Shown here one piece after another: positions 19,506-29,380 of a DNA stretch of 64,000 nt. The DNA comes from Peptococcaceae bacterium (GTDB lineage: Bacteria; Bacillota; Desulfotomaculia; Desulfotomaculales; JACDOK01). The DNA is taken from NCBI GenBank assembly GCA_017656185.1, contig JACDOK010000008.1:2093-66092 (forward strand), read 5' to 3'. The translations under genes were made by a program, and so were the position numbers. The notes beneath the pieces were generated by a model that made no database searches, had not been told where the DNA came from, and worked only from the letters and a program-made list of their open reading frames with translations. Position 1 is the first letter of the stretch. Every line of letters starts with the position of its first letter.

Positions 19506-20468
19506 TTAAATTGATAAAATTCCGGCCAGGCGAAAGGCTTGCAAATCCACTTCCTTTTGCTCCTTTAAAGTCCGTTCCAGATCCGAGTACGTAAACTTAC
19601 CATCTTTATACCCAACAGTGACTGTCTTTTTGTTATCCATTAAAAGCTCCACGGCCATAGCACCAAACCTGCTTCCCAACACCCTGTCCAGAGCAGTGGG
19701 AGTACCGCCACGCTGGATATGGCCGAGTATGGTGACTTTGGTATCAAGATCGGTACGGGCTTTGATTTCTTTGGCGATTTCCATAGCGCTGCCGGCTCCT
19801 TCAGCGACCACAATAACACTGTGCAGCTTCCCGCGCTTAACACCCCGTAATAATTTTCGACATACTTCCTCGATGTTATAAGGAAGTTCTGGGATAATTA
19901 TGGACTCGGCTCCACCGGCCAACCCGGCCTGTAAAGCTATGAAACCCGTATTTCGTCCCATAACTTCCACAATAAAAGTCCGTTCGTGGGAAGTGGCCGT
20001 GTCCCTGATTTTATTAATAGCATCAACCACGGTATTGACAGCGGTATCAAACCCTAGACACCAATCCGTTCCCGGAATATCGTTGTCAATGGTTGCCGGG
20101 ATACAGGCGACAGGAACACCATACTCTTCATAAAAAACCTTTGCGCCGTTAAATGAGCCGTCCCCGCCAATAATTACTAAACCTTCAATACGGAACCGCT
20201 TAACGTTTTCATAGGCTGTCGCTCTTCCTTCCCTAGTCGTAAATTCTTGGGAGCGTGCAGTCCGTAACACCGTCCCTCCCCGGTGGATAATATCGGCAAC
20301 GGAACCCAAATTCATAGGTCCCATATCTCCTTCAATAAACCCGGCAAACCCACGCTGAATACCGATTACTTCCATTCCGTGATAGATGGCCTTACGTACC
20401 ACGGCCCTGATTGCGGCATTCATACCGGGGGCGTCACCACCGCTGGTTAATAAGGCTATCCGTTGCAA
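19506..20468 (-). CDS. pfkA: ATP-dependent 6-phosphofructokinase
   Basis: 320 aa with IALLTSGGDAPGMNAAIRAVV, GGDGS and TIDNDI motifs. Confidence 0.95.
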   Translation of the reverse strand: MQRIALLTSGGDAPGMNAAIRAVVRKAIYHGMEVIGIQRGFAGFIEGDMGPMNLGSVADIIHRGGTVLRTARSQEFTTREGRATAYENVKRFRIEGLVIIGGDGSFNGAKVFYEEYGVPVACIPATIDNDIPGTDWCLGFDTAVNTVVDAINKIRDTATSHERTFIVEVMGRNTGFIALQAGLAGGAESIIIPELPYNIEEVCRKLLRGVKRGKLHSVIVVAEGAGSAMEIAKEIKARTDLDTKVTILGHIQRGGTPTALDRVLGSRFGAMAVELLMDNKKTVTVGYKDGKFTYSDLERTLKEQKEVDLQAFRLAGILSI

Positions 20469-20483
20469 GAATAAGACTCCTTC

Positions 20484-21431
20484 CTACAGGCATCCAATGC
20501 TACGTATCTTTTGGTATCGCGAAGATACAAGTTCTTCAGGGCTCATGGCCCTGAGTTCCTCCAGGTGGCGCTTTAAGCTTTCTTTCAGTAATGAAAACGC
20601 CTTTTCGTTAGCCCGGTGAGCTCCACCCAAGGGTTCGGGAATTATTTCATCAACAATACAAAAATCCTTTAGATCCTGCGCAGTCAATTTCAGCACTTGC
20701 GCCGCTTCCCGGGCCTTACTGGCATCCTTCCAGATGATACTGGCACAAGCTTCCGGAGAACTTACTGAAAATACAGCGTGTTCCTGCATCAATATTCTAT
20801 TACCGACTCCGATAGCTAGAGCGCCGCCACTGCCACCTTCTCCGATGACTACTACTATTATTGGTATCTTTAACGTACTCATTACCATAATATTTTTGGC
20901 AATTGCTTCGGCCTGACCGCGCTCCTCAGCCCCCAAACCACAGAACGCCCCTGGCGTATCTATGAAACAAATCACGGGGCGTCCAAACTTCTCCGCCTGG
21001 CGCATTAGGCGTAAAGCTTTCCGGCATCCTTCAGGGTGAACCATCCCAAAATTACACGCTATGTTTTGTTTGGTATCTTTACCTTTAACGTGTCCCACCA
21101 CAGTAACTACATGGTTTTCAAACTGGCCAATCCCGCCGACAATAGCCTTATCATCACCAAAATTTCTGTCCCCGTGCAATTCGATAAATTCGCTCATAAT
21201 ACCGTTTATATAATCGCGTGTACCCGGACGTTCCGGGTGTCGTGCTATCAGTATCTTCTGCCAGGGACTTAAGTTACCGTAGATGCTGCGTTTTAATTCT
21301 TCGGCCCGATGCTCCAGCGTTTGAATTTCATTGTCCAGTTGCAGGTTCTTTTCCTCTGCAAATTTCTTCAATTCAGCAATTTTATTCTCTAACTCTACAA
21401 CCGGCTTTTCAAAATCAAATACCGTTGGCAT
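20484..21431 (-). CDS. accA: acetyl-CoA carboxylase carboxyltransferase subunit alpha
   Basis: 315 aa with FIDTPGAFCGLGAEERGQAEAIA. Follows accD. Confidence 0.95.
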   Translation of the reverse strand: MPTVFDFEKPVVELENKIAELKKFAEEKNLQLDNEIQTLEHRAEELKRSIYGNLSPWQKILIARHPERPGTRDYINGIMSEFIELHGDRNFGDDKAIVGGIGQFENHVVTVVGHVKGKDTKQNIACNFGMVHPEGCRKALRLMRQAEKFGRPVICFIDTPGAFCGLGAEERGQAEAIAKNIMVMSTLKIPIIVVVIGEGGSGGALAIGVGNRILMQEHAVFSVSSPEACASIIWKDASKAREAAQVLKLTAQDLKDFCIVDEIIPEPLGGAHRANEKAFSLLKESLKRHLEELRAMSPEELVSSRYQKIRSIGCL

Positions 21432-21435
21432 GTTA

Positions 21436-22278
21436 CTAGGCCCCCTGATGCAATGTCAAAATCTTAGTTAACATATCCTTTAGTGCTGGACGGGGCACTA
21501 CCTTGTCAATAAACCCGTGGTCCAGTAAAAACTCCGCCCGTTGGAAGCCTTCGGGCAGTTTTTGTCGAATCGTTTGTTCGATTACTCTGGGACCTGCAAA
21601 ACCTATTAGTGCTCCCGGTTCCGCTAAAATAATGTCACCCAGAAAACCAAAACTGGCACTAACCCCGCCCATGGTGGGATCCGTTAGTACCGAAACATAC
21701 AAAATCCCCGCTTCGTGTAATTTGGCTAAAGCTGCGGAAGTCTTGGCCATCTGCATAAGAGACAGCATGCCTTCCTGCATTCGTGCTCCCCCTGAAGCAC
21801 AGAAAATAATCAAGGGGATGCGCTTTTCCAACGCCCTCTCGACAGCCCTGGTTATTTTTTCTCCGACTACGGTCCCCATGCTTCCCATTATAAAGTTGGC
21901 ATCCATCACAGCAACAACGGCGGGATAGCCTCCAATGGCGGCTTCACACGTAACCACTGCTTCCTTGAGGCCGGTACTTTCCTGGGCAGCCTTAATTTTC
22001 TCTTGATAATTAGGAAAATTAAGAGGATCTGTTGGGGCCAGTTCAGCATCAAATTCCTGCATACTGCCAGGATCCACCGTAATGTGCAACCGTTCCGAAC
22101 TTGAAAGGCGAAAATGATATCCGCATTTTTCACATACTTTGAAGTTGCGATCGAGATCTTTGGTAAACAAAATCTCGCCGCATTCGGGACATTTCACCCA
22201 AAGCCCTTCCGGAATATCACGCTTGGTATCCTGTTTAACTGTGAAATATTTGGATCTTCTAAACAACTCAAAAACCAA
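21436..22278 (-). CDS. accD: acetyl-CoA carboxylase carboxyltransferase subunit beta
   Basis: 280 aa with the N-terminal zinc ribbon [29 protein letters not shown] start after a GGAGAGGTG SD. Confidence 0.95.
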   Translation of the reverse strand: MVFELFRRSKYFTVKQDTKRDIPEGLWVKCPECGEILFTKDLDRNFKVCEKCGYHFRLSSSERLHITVDPGSMQEFDAELAPTDPLNFPNYQEKIKAAQESTGLKEAVVTCEAAIGGYPAVVAVMDANFIMGSMGTVVGEKITRAVERALEKRIPLIIFCASGGARMQEGMLSLMQMAKTSAALAKLHEAGILYVSVLTDPTMGGVSASFGFLGDIILAEPGALIGFAGPRVIEQTIRQKLPEGFQRAEFLLDHGFIDKVVPRPALKDMLTKILTLHQGA

Positions 22279-22372
22279 AAGGCACCTCTCCCGGGCTGAG
22301 AAGGTTTACTTCTCAAAATCTCTTCAACCCTCTTAAGATACAATGATTTTACTGCCTAAAACATCCGCGGCG

Positions 22373-22624
22373 TCAACCCCGGATGCTCTCGGTATCATCC
22401 TCACCGGTTCTAATGACACCATGTTTACAATAGATTTCGGCTTTACCCCTTAATTTGATGGCAGCCGTATTTTCCGTAAACTGGGCCACCATTAGTTCAC
22501 CCTTATCAAGTTTTTCGGTATGATGAAATTTGGTATCCCTACCTCGGGTAAGTCCCATTATGGTAACACCGTTTTCTAATGCTTTGATAACGATATAATC
22601 GGAATATACCCAGGGTTCAACCAT
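22373..22624 (-). CDS. mtrB: trp RNA-binding attenuation protein (TRAP)
   Basis: [57 protein letters not shown] aligns almost residue for residue with B. subtilis MtrB ([57 protein letters not shown]) as I remember it. The ATG at 22624 has a GGGGG SD 8 nt upstream; the track start 22633 is GTG. Confidence 0.88.
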   Translation of the reverse strand: MVEPWVYSDYIVIKALENGVTIMGLTRGRDTKFHHTEKLDKGELMVAQFTENTAAIKLRGKAEIYCKHGVIRTGEDDTESIRG

Positions 22625-22655
22625 AATCTGCACCCCCTAGTAAAATTTCAGAGGT

Positions 22656-22684
22656 ATGATAACACACTGCAACTTGGTTGGCAA
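22656..22684 (-). promoter_or_regulatory. sigma-A-type promoter for mtrB
   Basis: TTGCCA-17 nt-TATCAT with a TGn extended -10, lying between the dnaE stop and mtrB. Confidence 0.5.
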
Positions 22685-22710
22685 GATTTCCACAACCAAC
22701 ATATTCTTAG

Positions 22711-25700
22711 CTAAACGCCTATATTTCGGCATTTGATTCGTACGCCTTGGGAACCGATTAACTCCTTAAGCTGCCTCACCACAGTCGAGACCAAATCTAC
22801 TTTAAAATGATCCGTTACTTCGCCGGGGTTTGTACTGTTGATGGAAACTTTCACCGGGATACGTCCCTTGTAACGAGTAAGGATACTCTTAACTTCAGAC
22901 ATAGTATCACTAGTAGAGAGGTAAAGATGTACTTCACTAACTGCGTCCAGGCTTCTTACCTGATCAGCAATAAGTTTGGCTTCATCACCTTCCAAACTTA
23001 TCATACCGTTGACGACAACTGTAGCATCATTATGCAAAATCATCTTGCTTTCGCTATAGACTTTAGGAAAGACCACCACCTCAGTACTTGCTGTAAGGTC
23101 CTCCAGTGACATAAATGCCATCGGATCACCTTTCCGTGTGGTAATTTTTCGTATGCCGGTAATCTGCCCGGCTACTATTACCTGCTTGCCATTAGGCATT
23201 TGAGAAATTTCGGATATATTAGCCGTACTGACAGCCCGGAGCAACTCCCGGTAATCTTCCAAAGGATGCCCGCTGATAAAAAGTCCCAAAGCATCCTTTT
23301 CCATAGCCAATAAATCTTTACGCGCATATTCTTCAATATCAGGTACCGGTAAATCCAGGGTACTCTCCGCCGTTTGATCCCAAACACCGAAAAGAGAAAG
23401 CTGGCCTGAACTACGTTCTTTGGCAGCTTTATGAGCCAGCCTGACAATGTCATCAACAATCGCCAAAAGCTGGGCACGTTTATAGCCAAAACAGTCAAGG
23501 GCCCCCGACCGGATAAGGTTCTCTATTACTCTCCGGTTCAATATCCTGGCATCAACCCGCTCGCAGAAATCAACTAAACTCGAGAACGAACCACCCCGGT
23601 CACGCGCCGTAATAATGGTTTGAACAGCTGAAATACCAACATTCTTAATTGCCGCTAATCCAAAACGAATCTTGTCTCCTACCACGGTAAAGTTCTCACG
23701 GCTTTCGTTAATGTCGGGAGGCAAAACCTCGATTCCGGCGCGCCGGCATTCCTGCACGTACATATTGACTTTGTCGGTATTATCTTTTACTGAGGTCAAT
23801 AAAGCCGCCATATACTCATGGGGGTAGTTGGCTTTCAAATATGCTGTCTGATAGGCAATTAAGGCGTATGCAGCACTGTGAGATTTATTAAATCCGTAAC
23901 CTGCAAAATATGCCATCAAATCAAAAATCTGACCGGCAATACCGGCATCAACGCCATTGTTTTTAGCCCCTTCGATAAACTGGGAACGAAGACCCGCGAT
24001 AATTTCGGGTTTTTTCTTACCCATCGCACGCCTCAACAAATCTGCTTCGCCAAGGGAGAAACCCGCCAAATCACTGGCAATACGCATTACTTGTTCTTGA
24101 TAAAGAATAACCCCATAAGTACTGTTCAAGATAGGCTCAAGCTTGGGATGCAAATAAGCAACTTTGGTCTGCCCGTGTTTACGCTTAATAAAATCTTCGA
24201 CCATACCGCTGCCCAGAGGTCCGGGGCGGTAAAGGGCAACTAAAGCGATAAGGTCTTCAAATACTTCCGGTTTTAGCTCCCGTAAAATATTGCGCATTCC
24301 GCTTGATTCAAGCTGAAAAACCCCCGCTGTTTCCCCGAGGCACAAAAGATTATACGTATTGGGATCGTCCAAGGGAATATTGTCAATATCAACACTTATA
24401 CCCTTTTGTTTTCGGATCATTTCAACGGCATCCCCGATTACGGTAAGGGTACGCAGACCCAACAAATCCATTTTAAGCAAACCCAATTCTTCTACTACAT
24501 CTTTGCTGAATTGGGTAGATACACCACCGTCCGTAGTACGGTATAATGGCAGGTACGATGTTAAGGTCTCTTTACTAATGACAAGGCCCGCCGCGTGTAT
24601 AGAAGCATGCCTGGGCATTCCCTCTAAAGCGATCGCAGTATCCAGTAATTTTTTCACCTGAGGGTCACGGTCATAAATTTGTCTGAGCTCTTCGGTCTCA
24701 AGAGCCTTCTCAATAGTCATTCCCAGTTCAGGTGGAATCAATTTTGCTATCCGGTCAACCTCGGCATAGGACATACCTAGAGCACGTCCCACATCTCGTA
24801 CCGCGGCTCTGGCCGCCATTGTCCCGAAAGTAATGATCTGTGCCACACGGTCCCTACCGTATTTGTTAAATACATAATCGATAACCTCACCGCGGCGCTC
24901 AAAACAAAAGTCAATATCAATATCGGGCATTGATACCCTTTCCGGATTGAGAAACCTTTCAAAAAGCAGGTCATAGCGCAAGGGATCAATATTGGTAATC
25001 CCTAAAGCGTAAGAAACCAAACTGCCCGCCGCTGAACCACGCCCTGGACCGACCAAAATGCCATTTTCCCTGGCATAACGGATAAAATCCCAGACAATCA
25101 AAAAATAGGCACTATAACCCATTTGTTTGATGATTTGAAGTTCATAATCCAGTCTTTTTTTAATGTCTTCACGAATAGTGCCATACCGGCGCTGCAGCCC
25201 CTGGTAACAAAGTTCTCGGAGGTAAGTATGCGCGTCATTATATCCTGGAGGTAACTGGTATTCGGGAAGATGGATGGAATCAAAATCGATTTCGACATTG
25301 CACCGGTCACTGATTGCGACCGTGTTATTTAATGCTTCAGGCAATTCTCGAAAAAGATCATACATTTGCTGATAGCTCTTCAAATACAGCTCCTGCGAAT
25401 CGAATTTCATTCTTTGAGGGTCATCAACCCTTTTGCCGGTTTGAATGCATAATAGAATATCCTGTATTTCGGCATCGGCGCTTCTCACATAGTGAACATC
25501 ATTAGTAGCCACCATTGGCAGTCCCATTTTGTGCGCAATTCGTACGAGCCTGCGGTTAATGACAGTCTGTTCCTTGATGCCGTGATCCTGTAGTTCAATA
25601 AAAAAGTTAGCACCAAAAATATCCCGGTATTCACCGGCAATAACAGAGGCCTGTTTTTCACCGTCCCTCAGTGCTGCGGAGGCAACCTCTCCCGCCATAC

Positions 25701-26112
25701 AACCGCTTAGAGCAATTAGACCTTTACTGTAGCGGGTCAAAAGTTCCTTGTCCACGCGCGGCTTATAATAAAACCCCTTGGTATAAGACAGGGAAACTAA
25801 CTCCATCAAGTTCCGGAAACCGGTCTGATCTTGTGCCAGCAAAACAAGATGATGCAACTTGTCGTCAATGCCGGAAACGCGATCCTTTACAGACCGCGGC
25901 GCAACATATACCTCACAACCAATAACCGGTTTTATTCCTTCCCTGCGGCAGGCACGATAAAAATCAATAATGCCAAACATAGCCCCGTGATCGGTAATTG
26001 CTAAGGCCGGCATTTCAAGTTCCTTCGCACGCCGCACAAGATCATTAATTCTAGCCGCACCGTCCAACAAACTGTACTCGGTATGACAATGAAGGTGCAC
26101 AAAGCTACTCAA
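22711..26112 (-). CDS. dnaE: DNA polymerase III subunit alpha (DnaE type)
   Basis: 1133 aa with the N-terminal PHP domain HLHCHTEYSLLDGA, polymerase core and C-terminal OB fold. Confidence 0.96.
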   Translation of the reverse strand: MSSFVHLHCHTEYSLLDGAARINDLVRRAKELEMPALAITDHGAMFGIIDFYRACRREGIKPVIGCEVYVAPRSVKDRVSGIDDKLHHLVLLAQDQTGFRNLMELVSLSYTKGFYYKPRVDKELLTRYSKGLIALSGCMAGEVASAALRDGEKQASVIAGEYRDIFGANFFIELQDHGIKEQTVINRRLVRIAHKMGLPMVATNDVHYVRSADAEIQDILLCIQTGKRVDDPQRMKFDSQELYLKSYQQMYDLFRELPEALNNTVAISDRCNVEIDFDSIHLPEYQLPPGYNDAHTYLRELCYQGLQRRYGTIREDIKKRLDYELQIIKQMGYSAYFLIVWDFIRYARENGILVGPGRGSAAGSLVSYALGITNIDPLRYDLLFERFLNPERVSMPDIDIDFCFERRGEVIDYVFNKYGRDRVAQIITFGTMAARAAVRDVGRALGMSYAEVDRIAKLIPPELGMTIEKALETEELRQIYDRDPQVKKLLDTAIALEGMPRHASIHAAGLVISKETLTSYLPLYRTTDGGVSTQFSKDVVEELGLLKMDLLGLRTLTVIGDAVEMIRKQKGISVDIDNIPLDDPNTYNLLCLGETAGVFQLESSGMRNILRELKPEVFEDLIALVALYRPGPLGSGMVEDFIKRKHGQTKVAYLHPKLEPILNSTYGVILYQEQVMRIASDLAGFSLGEADLLRRAMGKKKPEIIAGLRSQFIEGAKNNGVDAGIAGQIFDLMAYFAGYGFNKSHSAAYALIAYQTAYLKANYPHEYMAALLTSVKDNTDKVNMYVQECRRAGIEVLPPDINESRENFTVVGDKIRFGLAAIKNVGISAVQTIITARDRGGSFSSLVDFCERVDARILNRRVIENLIRSGALDCFGYKRAQLLAIVDDIVRLAHKAAKERSSGQLSLFGVWDQTAESTLDLPVPDIEEYARKDLLAMEKDALGLFISGHPLEDYRELLRAVSTANISEISQMPNGKQVIVAGQITGIRKITTRKGDPMAFMSLEDLTASTEVVVFPKVYSESKMILHNDATVVVNGMISLEGDEAKLIADQVRSLDAVSEVHLYLSTSDTMSEVKSILTRYKGRIPVKVSINSTNPGEVTDHFKVDLVSTVVRQLKELIGSQGVRIKCRNIGV

Positions 26113-26140
26113 TTACTAAACCCCCAATGCCAAAAGTCAA

Positions 26141-26302
26141 TCAATCGCTGTAAAGATCCAGATACATTTTCAAAGTATCTAACGCGGTTTCCATGCCGTC
26201 GGCATATCCGAGCTTGTAATTATCAGCCTTGTAATTCCTCATCTCTTCGATAATTTCTTTGTTCTCGGCATACCATTTTTCGATAATTTCTTTAATAGTC
26301 AT
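26141..26302 (-). CDS. small hypothetical protein (53 aa), below the ORF-track cutoff
   Basis: Hand translation: GGAGGG SD, 5 nt, then ATG gives MTIKEIIEKWYAENKEIIEEMRNYKADNYKLGYADGMETALDTLKMYLDLYSD*. It fills the otherwise empty trmL-dnaE gap. Confidence 0.45.
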   Translation of the reverse strand: MTIKEIIEKWYAENKEIIEEMRNYKADNYKLGYADGMETALDTLKMYLDLYSD

Positions 26303-26343
26303 AGCAACCCTCCAACGCGACCACTACCTTGGATAATAATCAT

Positions 26344-26802
26344 CTAGACAAGTCCACAGTAACCATGCTGACGTAACGCTTCATATAAAACTATGGCCAC
26401 CGCGTTGCTCAAATTTAATGATCGAGCTTCACGGCGCATCGGTATGCGAATACATTTTTCAGGATAACGGTCCAAAATTTCCTGGGGCAATCCCTGCGTT
26501 TCTTTACCGAAAATCAAAAAGTCATCCAAACCATAACTGACATCACTATAACACCTGGCCGCACGTTTTGTTACCAAATGAAAAGTGCACCCGGCATATT
26601 GACGCCAAAAGTCAGCTAGGGAATCGTGGTAATGAATGGAAACCAGATGCCAGTAATCCAATCCTGCTCTCTTAAGATACTTGTTAGAAGTAGAAAAACC
26701 TAAGGGTTTTACCAAATGAAGAGTTGTTCCGGTAGCAGCGCAAGTCCGGGCAATATTGCCGGTATTTTGGGGGATTTCCGGTTCAACCAGCACTACATGC
26801 AC
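26344..26802 (-). CDS. trmL: tRNA (cytidine/uridine-2'-O-)-methyltransferase TrmL (SpoU family)
   Basis: 152 aa. MHVVLVEPEIPQNTGNIARTCAATG and the SLNLSNAVAIVLYE knot motifs. Confidence 0.88.
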   Translation of the reverse strand: MHVVLVEPEIPQNTGNIARTCAATGTTLHLVKPLGFSTSNKYLKRAGLDYWHLVSIHYHDSLADFWRQYAGCTFHLVTKRAARCYSDVSYGLDDFLIFGKETQGLPQEILDRYPEKCIRIPMRREARSLNLSNAVAIVLYEALRQHGYCGLV

Positions 26803-27218
26803 CTTACATCCCCCAAAAGCCTCTCGTGCTCGATCTTAATACAGCGGTTCATTACAAAAACTATTCCTTTAGATTCAGCCAGCATTGCGGCTTCTTCGTT
26901 AACAATCCCCAGCTGCAACCATATCGCCTTTGGTTTTAGCCGTATTGCCTGTTCCACCACCGGCATAACCTGGTCACTCCGGCGGAAAACATTAACAATG
27001 TCCACTTGACCCGGTATATCGGCAAGTTCCCGAAATACTTTCGCCCCCAAAATTTTTTCTTCCCGCGGGTATACCGGGATTATATCGTAACCATGCTTTT
27101 GGAGATAAGCAGCAACTTTATAACTATCACGCTCCTTTTTGGGTGAAAGCCCCACAACCGCAACTGTTTTACTCTTTTCTAAAATGGCTTTGATAATAGT
27201 GTCATCAGGATTATCCAC
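26793..27218 (-). CDS. CoA-binding protein (YccU/YneT family)
   Basis: 141 aa with KTVAVVGLSPKKERDSYKVAAYL...VDIVNVFRR. Confidence 0.8.
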   Translation of the reverse strand: MDNPDDTIIKAILEKSKTVAVVGLSPKKERDSYKVAAYLQKHGYDIIPVYPREEKILGAKVFRELADIPGQVDIVNVFRRSDQVMPVVEQAIRLKPKAIWLQLGIVNEEAAMLAESKGIVFVMNRCIKIEHERLLGDVRCM

Positions 27219-27253
27219 GGTAACTTCCTCCTGTATATGATTCTCCCCTAATC

Positions 27254-29236
27254 TTACTGTGGAACTACTGCTGCAGGCAAGGAGTTTTGTGCCCTAACCT
27301 TATCCAAGTAATCGAGAGCCACCTGGCAAAAAGTGGCGTGAGACCAGGTAAGAGGTGCTACTGACAGCGGTTCACCGGTATAGGGGTGAATTTGTTCTGG
27401 CAATACCCCCGAGGTCATACGGTAACGCCAGACCCATTGGAGCAATTCATAGCCCCGGTTTAGATCTTCAACGTCAACAGCCTTAGCTATATACCATTGT
27501 GCCAACCAAAGGGTACAAATTACCCAGGGGTTTCCGGGCACACGCTCAACATCATCACTACGTCTAAAATAATAATCGTTAGTATATCTGGCAACTCCGC
27601 CAACTTCGGTTTTTACCCACAGGTCGTTTGCAACGGCCCGCATGGTGCCTATGACTCTGGGATCATTGGGCGGCAACAAACCGAAGGCAAAAACGCCAAA
27701 AACACTGGCGTCAAGAGTATAGTCAGGGGTTAAACGATTGCCATCAGGATATACCCCCCTGAGAAAGCGGCCCACGTCCTCATGATACAAGTAACGTATT
27801 AGGGCTTCCTTAACTTCGGCCGACGCTTGAGCCCAAAGTCTTTTCGATTTTCCATCCCCTACCAGGGATGCGATTTCGGAAGCAGCAGCTAAGCCCGCGC
27901 TGACTGCTGCCGTAGTAAAGGTAAAGATCCCGCGCCGTTCCTCCCATAGATCATAACTTGGCAGTGGCAGGTGCGTCTCAGGATCACGGTATCCGGACAT
28001 AAAGTGTGCCGCCGGTTTCACCAAAGTTTCATACAGGGAAGCCACAAACTCCAAATTTTTATAACGCCGGAAATGATGCCAAAGAGCCCAAAGCACTAAC
28101 GCCGTTTCGTCTTCCTGAATCGGTAAACCGGCGGTTTCATCCTTACTCCATGGATGCCAACTGGAACCCGGCGTCCCATCCGGATGATACTTATGTAAAA
28201 AATATCCTTCACCGGTTATGGTACGGGCACAAAACGTAAAAAAGGAAGCGGTGACCTCCTGATACCCCGCTTTATCCAACGCGTAAACTACCAGCGCACC
28301 GTCCCGGGGCCATACATAGGAATAATGATCACGGTTGGTTTCCATAATATCAGTATCATTTGCCCCTAGAACGCCCCCTCTGTTATCAATTTGGGTACGG
28401 GTTATCAAAAGGCTTAAATCTAAAAATGCCGCTAATTCGTCAGTCAGCCCACCCCGGTATATTTGTTTCGCATCCAGCCAATTACGCCAATAAGTGGCTG
28501 TTTGCTCTAAAAGGAAAGCGGGTGTTTCTTTTTTAACATAATCGTCCTGAGCACGAACATCTTCCAACGAACGCCCGCAGACCACCCATACCCAAAACTC
28601 ATCCTCTCCTTCCGGCTCTAAGACGGCCTTCAAAGAAAATGAACTATCCACCGAACCCTGGTCAATAGGGCGGCCTTCAAGAAAACCGTCCTCTGCATCG
28701 TACTTGCTCCCGCCGTACCCACCAAACCTCTTTTGTACCTGATATTGGAAAATGCCGTTTTCCTGTACCATCCCGTTGATTAAAAAGTAAAAATCCCTTT
28801 TAAAATGACACATACCCCCACTTTTGGGGTCAAATGCCGCCGTATCCCCGATGTCGGTACCACCAATACAAAAATCATTATGTACAATCAAGCGGATTTC
28901 TCTTGTTTCCCGGCGTAGATTGCGCACGACAATCCGCCGGAGATAAACATGGCGTTTAAAATGGACAACGTCTTCGATGGTTAGGGCCAAACCCAAACGC
29001 CCGTTGGTAGCCCAACTATTGCCAACCAGAGTCGAAGACCGGTAACCTGGTTTTTTTTCCCATTCATCGCTGCTTAACCACCCAAACTGGCCCTGAACCC
29101 ATATTCCGATATCGCATCGGCCACCACCCACATGATTTTCCATACCGACATAAGGATAGTAAAAATCCCGTAAAACTAAATCCTCATCAATACTTACCAA
29201 CATATCACCATTACCCAAAGCTATAGCTCTTCCCAA
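27254..29236 (-). CDS. glycoside hydrolase family 15 protein (glucoamylase/glucodextranase-like)
   Basis: 660 aa with (alpha/alpha)6-barrel-type motifs (YSYVWPRDGA, LWEER). Part of the alpha-glucan cluster. Confidence 0.8.
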   Translation of the reverse strand: MGRAIALGNGDMLVSIDEDLVLRDFYYPYVGMENHVGGGRCDIGIWVQGQFGWLSSDEWEKKPGYRSSTLVGNSWATNGRLGLALTIEDVVHFKRHVYLRRIVVRNLRRETREIRLIVHNDFCIGGTDIGDTAAFDPKSGGMCHFKRDFYFLINGMVQENGIFQYQVQKRFGGYGGSKYDAEDGFLEGRPIDQGSVDSSFSLKAVLEPEGEDEFWVWVVCGRSLEDVRAQDDYVKKETPAFLLEQTATYWRNWLDAKQIYRGGLTDELAAFLDLSLLITRTQIDNRGGVLGANDTDIMETNRDHYSYVWPRDGALVVYALDKAGYQEVTASFFTFCARTITGEGYFLHKYHPDGTPGSSWHPWSKDETAGLPIQEDETALVLWALWHHFRRYKNLEFVASLYETLVKPAAHFMSGYRDPETHLPLPSYDLWEERRGIFTFTTAAVSAGLAAASEIASLVGDGKSKRLWAQASAEVKEALIRYLYHEDVGRFLRGVYPDGNRLTPDYTLDASVFGVFAFGLLPPNDPRVIGTMRAVANDLWVKTEVGGVARYTNDYYFRRSDDVERVPGNPWVICTLWLAQWYIAKAVDVEDLNRGYELLQWVWRYRMTSGVLPEQIHPYTGEPLSVAPLTWSHATFCQVALDYLDKVRAQNSLPAAVVPQ

Positions 29237-29380
29237 AATAATCCCCCTAAATGTGTTGCTGTGTTTTTAAATAAAGCTATTTTTGCTGGGAATAATAAAA
29301 AAAGTATTGCGTTTCTTTTATTATTTGTAGCTTATGTGTGAAAATTACCGAAAATTGAGGGAGATAAGGAGGCAAAGGCA

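Noticed and set aside
22303-22337. A GAG-rich stretch (UAAGAGGGUUGAAGAGAUUUUGAGAAG) just downstream of mtrB and upstream of accD, considered as a possible TRAP binding site.
   Set aside because: There are only ~4 GAG triplets and the spacing is irregular (1-5 nt). A TRAP site needs about 9-11 repeats with 2-3-nt spacers. Part of the stretch is simply the accD SD region.
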